Below are positions 1 to 11,820 of a stretch of DNA of 64,000 bases, piece after piece. The notes under the pieces were generated by a model that was given only the letters and a program-made list of their open reading frames with translations, was not told the origin of the DNA and did not search any database. Positions within the stretch are counted from its first letter, which is position 1, and each line of letters opens with the position of its first letter. The stretch covers positions 104,762,697-104,826,696 of the forward strand of contig NC_057718.1 in assembly GCF_004010195.1 (NCBI RefSeq), written 5' to 3'. Source of the stretch: Chiloscyllium plagiosum (lineage: Eukaryota). The position numbers and the translations under genes are program-made.

Positions 1-320
1 TGTTCCTGAGGGGAGACTGTGCGGATACAGCAGTTTCTGAGGGGAGGCTGTGTGGATACAGCTGTTCCTGAGGGGAGGCTGTGCGGATACAGCTGTTCCT
101 GAGGGGAGGCTGTGCGGATACAGCTGTTCCTGAGGGGAGGCTGTGCGGATACAGCTGTTCCTGAGGGGAGGCTGTGCGGATACAGCTGTTCCTGAGGGGA
201 GGCTGTGCGGATACAGCTGTTCCTGAGGGGAGGCTGTGCGGATACAGCTGTTCCTGAGGGGAGGCTGTGCGGATACAGCTGTTCCTGAGGGGAGGCTGTG
301 CGGATACAGCAGTTTCTGAG
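1..320. repeat. 31-bp tandem minisatellite (unit CAGCTGTTCCTGAGGGGAGGCTGTGCGGATA), about 10 copies, truncated by the window start
   Basis: Near-identical head-to-tail units read directly; no spacers. Confidence 0.95.
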
Positions 321-509
321 TATTGTAGCTTTGGAAAGCGGAACGATATTTTGTTGGAGACACTGGTGAAGATTGAAGCAGTGGGCGCACTGGCCTTCCA
401 TCCCTGCTCGGGGCTGGACAGCACATTTCCAGCGGGCGGTAAGTTGGGACTTGTCACCGGGACTGAGGGCTTGGGGAGTGGGAACAAGTGATGCAGAGGC
501 CATGGGATC

Positions 510-870
510 ACCCATAATCCCCAATCCCCCTACCCCAACCCAACCCCAAACCTTGCCCCACCTCTGCCACCACCAAAACCTCCCTGCCACACACACCTTG
601 CCCCCAATACACCCCCACCCTCCATCTACATTTCCACCCACAGCCTGCACACGCTATCCCTATAACCACCCTTCACACCTCACCCTCTCACCCACTCTCC
701 ATTCACCCTCTACACACACACCCTCAACACGTTCTACACCCCCACTCTTTCTACACACACCCTCCACACCTACACAGTTCAGACTCTCCATAAACGTTCC
801 CCCCCCACTACACACACATGCCTTTGCCACAGTCTCTTCCACCCCCAACCCCATCCTCCCTCTGCACATA
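510..870. repeat. C/A-rich low-complexity tract
   Basis: Almost G-free CCCA/CACA-rich sequence; it explains the spurious Pro/Thr/His-rich ORF. Confidence 0.85.
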
Positions 871-1616
871 GCCATGTAAGCTCCCGCCCCGGTAAATGAT
901 CATGTCGAGCTTGGTTGAGTCACTAATCTGAAAGAGTGAGTTGGTGTTGGCTGATGCTGAGTGGGTAACTCGGTGATAATACAGCTGGACTTTGGCTCAG
1001 CTACAGTTCAGAGAGACTGGCTGAGAGCTCAGCAAGTACTGAGGAGGGGTCCATTCCTGAATTCACTTGTCAGTTATTAAACAGAGTCTGTCCTCAACAG
1101 GTTTCTTTGTAAAGGTAAACCCATCCCGAAGCTTCAAGCAGTCAGCCTGAGTACGCACCCCTTTAAATTGCTGAGTTGGGTATGGGGTTCAATTACCTTT
1201 TGTAAGAGCTGGTGATTTTGTTACTTTAAAACGTGACTTTCACAATTATGTAAAAAATAAGTTTGTTTGTAAGTCTTTGGTGAAAGTTCCAACTGCACTT
1301 TTCACTATTTTGAAAAGGGAGCCACTTGTGTAATGATGAATAGTTGGATGTGGATATTTCATTTTTGTGTTTAGTCAGAGATAGTGCCAGTGGCACAGTG
1401 ACTGGGGGATGATCAATCAGAGAAAGTGTAGATGCTTCAGAGATATAATGTTTCCAAACTGCAACCTCAAAGAGTGATCATAAGAGTTTCAGGTAACTTA
1501 ATTAGTTATTCAGAGTGGCTGGGACAGTGCAAACTAATATAGTAATATTATAATCAAGTGATTCACTGAATGTCTGTAAGAGTTTCCTGTATGCCAGTTA
1601 TTAGTATCTTGTACTT

Positions 1617-1968
1617 GGGATGGCACAGTGGTTAGCACTGCTGCCTCACAGCACCAGAGATGGCACAGTGGTTAGCACTGCTGCCTCACAGCACCAGAGA
1701 TCCGGGTTCAATTCCCGCTTCAGGCGACTGTCTATGTGGAGTTTGCACATTCTCCCCGTGTCTATGTGGGTTTCCTCCCACAGTCCAAAGATGTGCAGGT
1801 CAGGTGAATTGGTCATGCTATAAAATGCCCATAGTGTGCAGGGATGTGTGGGTTAGGCGAGCGAGTCACAGGTAAATGTAAGCGAATGGGTTTGGATGGG
1901 ATACTCTTCAGAGAGTCAGTGTGGACTTGTTGGGCCGAAGGGCCTGTTTCCACACTGTAGGGATTCTA
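1617..1968 (+). mobile_element. HE1-type tRNA-derived SINE with a 40-bp duplication of its 5' head
   Basis: TGGCACAGTGGTTAGCACTGCTGCCTCACAG (A box), GGGTTCAATTCC (B box) and a CR1-like tail GGGCCGAAGGGCCTGTTTCCACACTGTAG; matches the copy at 45154. Confidence 0.9.
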
Positions 1969-2574
1969 GTTCAAAAAAGTTGCCAAATAGTAAAAGTAAA
2001 ATTGTTGTAACTTGTAGTAAAGCCAATGATTCTCTTTATAAAGAAATATCTGAATAGTGGTGAACAATTCTGTTTTTAAATATTGAGAGATGTCTTGACA
2101 ATATTAATCTCTCGTGTGTTTTTTTAGTATGAGCTTAATTTTGTTGTATCAGCTCAGATAATGATTCACATCCAGTCTAATCCTGTACTTTATATTTATT
2201 GTCTCCATCCAGTTCTCACTCCATTCAAGGTCCTCAGGCTGATCTCAGTGATAGTACAGCCACTGTACCCTTCAAAATGAATGGAGTTGTTTTGAGATCA
2301 ATCTACTGCTGGTTGTAGATACTTTTGTGTTAAGTGCCCATTGAAGATCTGGGGAGTGGAGAGATTGGGACTAACAGTTCCACAGATGCCACCCACAAAG
2401 CCAGAGGTGGTAAGGATATTAATCCATTCAAAATGCAAGCCTCCTGATCCTGGAATTCTCTCTTTGACCTTTAGTTGATTGTCTGATCAACTGATCTTTA
2501 GATATAATATTTACTCAACTGCTTGCAATAGATCACTTGGCTCAAGTTAACAGTTGTTAATGGAATCAAATCCA

Positions 2575-2911
2575 GAATCCCTACTGTGTGGAAATAGGCC
2601 ATTCAGCCCATTGAGTCCATACTGACCCTCTGAAGAACATCCCCCCCTCAACCTATCCCTGTCACCTTGCATTTCCCATGGCTAATCCACCTAGCCTGGA
2701 TATCCCTGGACAGTATGGGCAATTTACCATGGCCAATCCACCCTACACATCTTTGTGACTGTGGGAAGAAACTGGAGCACCCAGAGAAATCTGCACAGAC
2801 ACTGGGAGAGCATGCAAACTCGACACAGGCAGTCACCCGGGGCTGGAATCGAACCCATGTCCCTGCCGCTGTAAGGCAGCAGTGCAAACCACTGAGCCAC
2901 TGTGTCACCCC
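2575..2911 (-). mobile_element. HE1-type SINE
   Basis: Reverse complement of the same head, core and tail. Confidence 0.85.
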
Positions 2912-3049
2912 TTGTAAGGTAGGATTTTTTAAAAATTCACTCCAATAATGGATATCCAACAACTCAATGATCAAATTGCTTCAGTATTATTTCTGATTTA
3001 GATGCTAGCGCTCTGTTTTCAGATGATATTACTTGGTGTCAGTTTTTAC

Positions 3050-3780
3050 ACATGCTGATGACACCCAGATCTACCTTGTCATCCATGCTCTCAACTCATC
3101 CCATCCTGGCTGTTTTATAGGCAGTGCCAGCTCCCTGCACTGTATCTAATTAGAAAAGTGCTAGAGTGAACAAGATATATTTTATTGCATGTTTGCAGCT
3201 GGTTACAGGTTACAATGATGCAATAAACATTGTTCCAGAGACTTTGAGGAGGATCTCATTCCTTCATGGTCCATATGACACCATCATGGTGAGTGGTGCT
3301 TATGACACTCTTTAGTGTTAACCTTTTCACAACACTGTCACGGAGCTGCCAAATGTTGTCTAAAATCCGTACTGTTTCAGCAGAGTATTTCTCTGACTTG
3401 GATATTGGGAAGACAGGAACCGTTGTCTGTGTTCCCTGCTGTAATTTTAACTCATTAGGTCCCCGCTGTCTCCTAACAAACTGTTTATAACCATGGTGTT
3501 GTGTTTAATCTCCGTATGAAATTCTGACCACATGTTAGCATCATCAGTAGGATTTTTAATTTTCACCTTTGTAATTTCATTCGACTCTGCCCCAGCTCCT
3601 GTCTCCCCTCACCTGCTGTCGAAATTGTCATCTCTACTTTAACTCCAGACTTGATCATTCCAGTGCACGACACTTGGATTTTCTACCTTCTACTCTCTGT
3701 CAACTTGAGGTCATCCAAACTCTGCTAAACAACCACCCAATTTTAGAATTCTCATCATTGTTTTAAAATCCTTCACATCT
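3050..3780 (+). mobile_element. Highly decayed L2-like LINE fragment
   Basis: GCTGATGACACCCAGATCTAC encodes ADDTQIY, a reverse-transcriptase motif; later TCCAGACTTGA and ATCCAAAACTCTGCT-like blocks are typical of L2 ORF2. Confidence 0.5.
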
Positions 3781-4680
3781 CAGTCATGTCAACCCAGCCC
3801 TTAACCCCCTTAACATTGAAACAGTAACAGCAGCAGCTTATGGATCTGGTCATCCTTGTATCAGACAGAAACATAGAGCTCTTGAGAATCCCATTTTAAT
3901 TACTTCATTTGCCTGAGCTCCGAGTTCTGGAATTCCCACTTTGACCTCTCTGTAACACCTCGACCTCTCTGTAACACCTTGCCCATCCCTAATTGCCGCT
4001 TGAACTGAGTGGCTTGCTTGGCAGTTCAGAGTTAACTGCATTGATGTGGGTATGGAGTCACACATAGGCCAGACCAGGTATGGATGGCAGATTTCCCTCC
4101 CGAAAGGGCATTAGTGAACCATGTGACTGTTCCAACTATCAGTTATCACACTAAGATACATCAGTGAAGTGTCATTTCAGGTATCCTGATGTCTAAATGT
4201 GCTACATGAATACAGCTTGGTGAATTCTTGGTAAATTGATTGTTGTGTGCGTGACTCTCAATAAACAGAAGCTATTACATCTGAATTCAGCCAACCAGCT
4301 TCAGTCCTATCATGTGTGAATTGATGTGAGCTCTTGCTATCTGTAATGCTCCCCTCTCTCAGTAAAGAAATGCAAATGTTTTGAAGCATTGATTTCAACT
4401 CTGCATATCGGTGAGATAATAGGTACAGAGCAGTAGATGGAAAACATCAATCACTTCAGGTGGTTTTCGAAGATGATTTTCCATTCTCATCCTGCTTAAT
4501 AGTTTGGTTTTTGATCTGGGCTCATAAGCTCAATGGGTTTGCTAGCTATTTAGTCATTGCTGGATGCCAATTACACACACTGTCTCCCAATTGCACTGTG
4601 CTTGTACTTTACCTGCTTAAAAGAAGATTGGAAAATGCTTTTCTGTAAATATTATGCTTTTTTAAAATCTATGATAAACT

Positions 4681-5347
4681 TCAGGTAAGCAGACAGGGTA
4701 GTGAAGAAGGTGTTTGATATGCTTGCCTTTTTTTGGTCACTGGATTGAGTACAGGAGTTGGGAGTCATATTGTGGCTGTACAGGATATTAGTTAGGCCTC
4801 TTTTGGAATACTGCATTCAGTTCTGGTCTCCCTGCTGTATGAAAGAGGTTGTGAAACTTGAAAGGATTCAGAAAAGATTTACAATGGTGTTGTCAGAGTT
4901 GGAGAGTTTGAGTTAAGGGAGAGACTGAAATGGCTGAGGCTGTTTTCCCTGAAGCATTGGAGGCTAAGGGGTGACCTTATAGAGGTTTATAAAATCATAA
5001 AGGGCATGGACAGGGTAAATAGACAACGTCATTTCCCCAGAGTAAGGGAGTCCAAAACAAGACAGCATAGGTTTAAGGTGAGAGGGGAAATATATAATAG
5101 GGATCTAAGAGGAAGCTTTTTCATGCAGAGGCTAATGGTGTATGGACCAAGCTGCCAGAGGAAGTGGTGGAGGCTGGTACAATTGCAACATTTAAAATGC
5201 ATCTGGATGGATACATGAATAGGAAGGGTTTAGAAGGATATGGACCAAATGTTGGCAAATGGAACTAGATTTATCTAGGATATCTGGTTGGTATGGGCGA
5301 GTTGAACCGAAAGGTCTGTTTCCAAACTGCGCAGCTCTGTGAGTCTA
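4681..5347 (+). mobile_element. CR1 (HER1-like) LINE 3' fragment
   Basis: Frameshifted ORF2 C-terminus (LEYCIQFWSP, RLRGDLIEVYKI, RFKVRG) followed by the CR1 3' tail. Confidence 0.9.
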
Positions 5348-6672
5348 AGTTTAAAGCCCAGAGCTCTCTGTTGAAACTTGCAGCTGTTTATGAGCCCATT
5401 GTTTCAAAATAATTAGAATTAAACTTTTTTTGAGTGTTGACGATTGTTTATATATCATTGGTTCTTACTGTATTTATATAGCTGCCCAGGCAGATCAATA
5501 TAGCAGCTCCTGATTCTTTGCAGCCAATGGAGGTGGGGTATCTGTGCGTTGATATGTAGCTGACTCTGATTTCTGCCACTGAACACAGTTTTTCAATGTC
5601 TGTGTCTGATATAAGGGCTAACAGCTTCATAAACTACCATTGTTGTCTTTTGATGAATGGAATTAACTTGTTTGTTATAAATTAAACTTCAAAATTGGAC
5701 TTTACACCATCTGATGTTTTTGTTTTTGAAATCCCATAAAGAGTCGGTGAGTTTGTCCATTAACAGATGAAGACCCGATCTATAGTCACATTTATTCCCA
5801 CACAATCTGGAAGTTTGTGCTTTGTTCACCCTTACTGATCCAAAGTAATTTAAGAATTGGTGTATGTCAATAAAATCCATTATTTTTGTGTTGCTTGACT
5901 TATCATTGTTACTTTTGTTCAGTATCCTGGTTTCTCACCCTCTCTACACTTTCCTCGTGCGCGTGCTCTCTCTCTCTCTCTGTCTCTCCTCTCTCTTCCC
6001 CCAACTCCACTCCTCAGCCTGAGAGAAAGAGGCTGACAGGTATTTATTGCTGATGAAGAAGCAATGTATTGAACTTCAACTCTACTCCTCTGCATTGGGA
6101 TGGCGTGCCGGAATTCCAAATGCTCCAGACGTCTCTGTCTGTTCAAATCATGCCACGTGCATAATTTTTGTCTTTTTTGGCAAACATGAGATTAAACGTT
6201 TATTTAGCCATTTCCATTTTGGAATACTTTTACAGAATGGGATTTCACAGTAAATCCATCAGTTTGTAAACTATCCATCTGTGGAACAGTAGATTTAGCT
6301 CCTGCCACCACTAATGGCAGACTCGGGAAGTACTGACTTTGAGGTGGGAATTGCCAGATTTCATTGTAATATTTTGAGTGTCTTTGGTGCATATTGAACA
6401 AAATTAATTGTGTTAGTGGGAGGGAGGGTGAGGGGCACACAAATTTAAGTCGATGTTTTAAAAATGTGTGGCACCTTTATTGTAATAAACCACCCAAATA
6501 GAGCTTTACAAGAACATTATAAAACAGTGTAGCATCAAGTTTTCTTTCTGAAACTACTGATTTGAATAATCCTAGTTAAGTCTAGAAAATCTTTCTAAAG
6601 AGCTGCTTGATCACAGTTTTGGCTGTCTCTCATTTTGTCCAATGTTGGACATTGGTGTAATAATGAGATTGT

Positions 6673-7589
6673 GACTGGTTAGCAAGGTTAGATCTCACGG
6701 AATACAGGGAGAACTAACCATTTGGATACAGAACTGGCTCAAAGGTAGAAGACAGAGTGTGGTGGTGGAGGTTTGTTTTTCAGACTGGAAGCCTGTGACC
6801 AGTGGAGTGCCACAAGGGTCGGTGCTGGGTCCACTGTTTTTCATCATTTATAAAAGTGATTTGGATGTGAGCATAAGAGGTACAGACCTTGGAGTGCAGG
6901 TTCATAGCTCCTTGAAAGTGGAGTCGCAGGTAGATAAGATAGTGAAGGTGGCGTTTGGTATGCTTTCCTTTATTGGTCAGAGTATTGAGTACAGGAGTTG
7001 GGAGGTCATGTTGCGCTGTACAGGACATTGGTTAGGCCATTGGTGGAATATTGTGTGCAATTCTGGTCTCCTTCCTATCGGAAAGATGTTGTGAAACTTG
7101 CAAGGGTTCAGAAAAGATTTACAAAGATGTTGCCGGGGGTGGAGGATTTGAGCTACAGGGAGAGGCTGAACAAGCTGGGGCTGTTTTCCCTAGAGGGTTG
7201 GAGGCTGAGGGGTGACTTTATAGAGGTTTATAAAATCATGAGGGGCATGGATAGGATAAGTAGACAAAGTCTTTTCCCTGGGGTGGGGGAGTCCAGAACT
7301 AGAGGGGCATAGGTTTAGGGTGAGACGGGAAAGATATAAAAGAGACCTAAACGGCAACTGTTTCACACAGAGGGTGGTACGTGTATAGAATGAGCTGCCA
7401 GAGGAAGTGGTGGAGGCTGGTACAATTGCAACATTTAAGAGGCATTTGGATGGGTATATGAATAGGAAGGGTTTGGAGGGATATGGGCCGGGTGCTGGTA
7501 GGTGTGACTAGATTGGGTTGGGATATCTGGTCAGCATGGACGGGTTGGACCGAAGGGTCTGTTTCCATGCTGTACATCTCTATGACTCT
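6673..7589 (+). mobile_element. CR1 (HER1-like) LINE 3' fragment with an internal deletion
   Basis: [13 protein letters not shown] joined directly to [11 protein letters not shown], then [19 protein letters not shown]; tail ...TCTATGACTCTA. Confidence 0.92.
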
Positions 7590-7694
7590 ATTAGGATAAA
7601 GATCGTCGCTGCAATGGTTTTTTTTTTAACTTTTAAAAACAATGATCATTAACAGTGTTGCTATTATGTACCTGCTAAACTATTCACCATCTCT

Positions 7695-7847
7695 GGAGTA
7701 GAGTGGTGCTGGAAAAGCACAGCAGTTCGGCTTTTGCCCGAAATGTCGGTTTTCCTGCTCGTCGGATGCTGCCTGACCTGCTGTGCTTTTCCAGCGCCAC
7801 TCTAATCCAGAATCTGGTTTCCAGCATCTGCAGTCATTGTTTTTACC
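7695..7847. mobile_element. Penelope-terminus inverted-pair mini-element, family A
   Basis: GTGGTGCTGGAAAAGCACAGCAG is inverted against CTGCTGTGCTTTTCCAGCGCCAC; target-site duplication (TSD) TATTCACMATCTCT at 7681-7694 and 7848-7861. Confidence 0.8.
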
Positions 7848-8107
7848 TATTCACAATCTCTGCCCTGAGTTGTCTAGTGTAGTGAAGACAACTGGTTATT
7901 GGGAACTTGAGATACAAGGCTAGTAGCATTTTGAAAAAAAATAACTGTGCAGTTTTTTGAACAATGTGTGTCGCCTGGTTATAGATATCTGATCATTTCA
8001 ACTTGTCTTGTGTCATTAAGTGCCTCTGAGATAGTGATTGTAACATAATAAATAACAAAATAGTTGCTTGAGTAAATGAATACAAAGTCTTGTCCCTAGC
8101 ATTTATT

Positions 8108-8430
8108 CATAGAACATAGAACATAGAACAATACAGCACAGAACAGGCCCTTCGGCCCACGATGTTGTGCCGAACTTCTAACCTAGATTAAGTACCCATC
8201 AATGTACCTATCCAAATGCCGCTTAAAGGTCGCCAATGATTCCGACTCCACCACTCCCACGGGCAGCGCATTCCATGCCCCCACCACTCTCTGGGTAAAG
8301 AACCCACCCCTGACATCTCCCCTATACCTTCCACCCTTCACCTTAAATTTATGTCCCCTTGTAACACTCTGTTGTACCTGGGGAAAAAGTTTCTGACTGT
8401 CTACTCTATCTATTCCTCTGATCATCTTAT
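8108..8430 (-). mobile_element. CR1 LINE 3' end (second subfamily) with an (AGAACAT)n tail
   Basis: Minus-strand MIRGIDRVD...RGHKFKVKGGR...FFTQRVVGAWNALP. Confidence 0.9.
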
Positions 8431-10709
8431 ATGATCATCATTCATTTAAATACATGTCGAGCAGTCTAGTGTTTAGTACTTGAGGCTAGAAATGCAAGAG
8501 CAAAGAAGGTGCATGAAGACATTTGTATTTTTAAACAAACTTTTTAATCAAATTGGCTCGTAATATATAAGGCTGAATGGAATTACAGTCATACCTAAAT
8601 CAAAATTAAGAAATTGTCGAGGTTGTAGATTAATAAAATTGTCAAAAATTATAAAATACCAAAGTAGATTGACTGACTTTCTTTTAAATCTGTGGCTATT
8701 GGCAATGGGGGAGAGTAAGGCTGAGGCCACATGGATCAACCATGATCTTACTGAAAGGCAGAGCAGGCTCGATGGGCTGAATGGCCTGCTCCTGTCCCTA
8801 ATTCATATGCTCATTTGTGAAAAAGAAAAACAATTTATACGTGTAATTCTATGCTTAAGATATTGGCAGGAGGTTACCTTGACTCAGCTCTGCACTTCCA
8901 AACAGTAATTTTGGAAATGGTCAGGTGCAGACTGCAGAAGGTCACTCATGGGCGTCACCAGCTATTGTGCCATTTCATCAACCTGGGTTTCGAAAGACTG
9001 AAAAAGAGGAATATGGGTACTAAGAATGTTGATTCTGAGAAAGGGGATAAGAATCCTGTTGACCATGCACCTTACCTTATTTTCTCTCTCGGGAAGATTG
9101 CAGATTAGAGAACAATTTTGTTTTAGGGGCCTATACCCATTCAGAACTGAACAATCAAAGCCACATGGGTTATTATCCTTGCAGCCGTGAGATTGAGATG
9201 TGACTATCACCGGATCAGTCTCAGTATCTCAGGAACCTAGATTTTAGAAGTGAAAGGGTGTTGACTAATCCATCCAAGACTAATGAGATCCTAAAGTTCT
9301 ATAAAATGTAAAGACAAAGTTGCTCTGTGCTCAAGCACACATTTAGGGGTGAATGTGTGGGAGCCATTGCTTTACTAAGTGACTTGAGAGTGATTCCTGG
9401 GACTTTTAATTTTGGAAAGTAAATTTACTTAAATGTTTCTATAACAACTGAAATTAACCAGAATTTGCAGAGCTTGTGTTTTACTGGGAGGCACATCTCT
9501 GAAATGTATTGTAAGGTTGACTAGCTGGTAATTGAAGGGAAGTTCCTATAAGGTCAGCTCTCGGAAATATTGCTCAATCAGAATCCTAGCTACAAAGTAG
9601 TTTACTAGGGAGCTATATTATTGTTGTTGTGTAATTCTGGATCACAACATCTCATCCTGTTTACCACAGTGATACTACTGCAGTAGAGAATGTCAGTGGG
9701 AGTGGGAGATGACTGGACTGGGAGAGGTTTTAATATGCAACTATATATTGATACATAAACAAATCAGTTAAACTCTACCACCAGAAAATGTTTAAACTTA
9801 AAGAAACAAGAATGAACTGCAGCAAGTGCTGCAAGTGTGCAATTGTGCGCTCCTGTGAAAACATGGAGAAACTATTTTCAAAAGAGTGTGGCCTTACTGA
9901 AAGAATTATGCTGGCCATGATAGGGGAGACTGTGTCTCTTGGGCTAGAAATAAGCAGGAAGAATACAGAACCTTTCAGAGTCAGAATAAAACCTGTGTGT
10001 TTAGAGAGAAAAGAATCTTTTATGCATTTAATAAACCAGCTCAGAATATCAGCCCCTATTCACTTTGGGGCTGATGGCTAGCTGTATTGTCCAGCTGAAT
10101 ATTTTTGTCACATGTTAATCAGCGATAACCATCCAGAATGAATGAAAGAGGTGCCTTTATATCGAACTGTTAACATCTTCAGTTTGTCCCACAGTGAGTG
10201 AAGTTTGAAATGCAGTCACAGTTATAATGTAGGTATCTTGTAGTATCTGAATATTAAGTATACTGCTGGGTGGCAGCCCCTTGTTTGAGCCAGTGACCAG
10301 TGCTTGCTTGTTGGATGTAACTTTGCTGAGCCATGGTTTAGAGAGGATCAGTAAAATATAGCCTCTGATACTTGACAAAGCCACCACCATTGTTGATGTT
10401 AATTACTTCAGAGTGGAATGTGGATCAACATGTACCCAATGGTGCTCTGTTAAAGTGATTTTCAGACCGGTTCTGGGTGATTTCCTTATGTGAATAGACC
10501 GTAGATCTGAATAAGTAGGTTTTTATTCATTTAGAGCTTTTGGTTGGTCAAATGTAGTACCCCAGATTATCCTGTCTGATATTTTATGATGATTCTACTT
10601 TTCTCAAACTCTCCTCCAAAAAGTTTCACCAATTTACCAAAAAAAACTTTTCAAAAAAAAAAACAAGTCCATAGCGACCATTTACCATTATTAGTTGTTG
10701 TAAGAACCT

Positions 10710-10829
10710 GAAAATGTGTTGCTGGAAAAGCACAGCAGGTCAGGCAGCATTCAAGGAGCAGGAGCTGCACTTTTCCAGCAACACATTTTCAGCTCTGATC
10801 TCCAGCATCTGCAGTCTTCACTTTCTCTC
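10710..10829. mobile_element. Penelope-terminus inverted-pair mini-element, family A, inserted in an older SINE
   Basis: Perfect 14-bp TSD TGTTGTAAGAACCT at 10696-10709 and 10830-10843. Confidence 0.85.
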
Positions 10830-11119
10830 TGTTGTAAGAACCTATCTGGTTCACTGATGTCTTTAAAATGGTAATCTGCTGGCCTTACCTGTTCAGGCCT
10901 AGATGTGACTCCAGTCCACAGCAGTGTGGTTGGCTGTTAATTACCCTCTGAAATGGCCTGGAGAGAGACTCGGGTTGAGGGCAATTTGGGGTGGACAGCA
11001 AATACTGGCCTTGTCAGCAACACTTAGCTCCCATGAAAGAAGAAAAGACCCAGCTACTGTTAATTAAGGAATTCTCAGGTTTTCCTCACCAGGTCGTTTA
11101 ATATAATTATTGTCTTGTC

Positions 11120-11590
11120 ACAGAGGGTGTGCAACAGAGATTCACCAGCGAGATTTTGGGGATAGTGGGATTGGCTTGGGTGAGATTGGGGGCGCTGGAT
11201 CTGCGTTCTCTGGAATGTTGAAGAATGAGTGATGACCTCACTGAAACTTGTTACAAACCTTGAAAGGCGTGACAGTGTGGCTGTAGGTCGGTTCCCCCCC
11301 CCCCCCTCCCCTGGGCTGGTGAGTCTTGAACCGGGAGCACAATCTCTGAATAAGTGGCAGAAAATGAGGGACAGCTTTGTACTTCATGTGGTGAATCTTT
11401 AGAATCTTCTCTCGCAGAGGGCTTTGGAGGCATCCATCATTCAACAGGTTCAAAACCGAGATTGCTAGATTCCTGAAGAATGACATCAGAAAGACTGAGA
11501 ATAGTGGGGGAGGGGTGGGGGAATGGTGTAGAACAGCCATGATCAATTGGAATAGTTAAACAGACTCAAGGGACTGCACAGCCCTGTCCT
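11120..11590 (+). mobile_element. Decayed CR1 3' fragment
   Basis: GTGCAACAGAGATTCACCAG, AGAAGAATGAG.GATGACCTCACTGAAAC and GTGGTGAATCTTT blocks. Confidence 0.6.
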
Positions 11591-11654
11591 GTTATAAAAG
11601 CAAAATACTGCAGATGGTGAAATCTGAAATGGGACAAGTGCTGGAAATACACAG

Positions 11655-11820
11655 TTACAAATCCCCCAACACCAGGTTAGAGTTCAACAGGTTTATTTGG
11701 AAGCACTAGCTTTCAAAGCGCTGCTCCTTCATCAGGTGGTTGTAACAAGAATGGTATAACCTGGTGTTGTGTGGTCTTTAACTTTGTACACTCCAGTCCA
11801 ACACTGACACCTCTAAATCA
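11655..11820. mobile_element. Penelope-terminus inverted-pair mini-element, family B, nested in a family C fragment
   Basis: Minus-strand CACCTGATGAAGGAGCAGCGCTTTGAAAGCTAGTG; TSD TGGAAATACWCAG at 11642-11654 and 11821-11833. Confidence 0.8.

Noticed and set aside
1..320. CRISPR-like array
   Set aside because: The repeats are contiguous with no spacers, there are no cas genes, and the context is eukaryotic.
373..879. 168-aa Pro/Thr/His-rich ORF
   Set aside because: A low-complexity C/A tract that lacks stop codons because of its composition.
6018..6039. Possible 22-nt microexon after a CT tract
   Set aside because: The AG and GT sites are plausible but the donor is mediocre, there is a stop in the SERTAD2 frame, and there is no other support.
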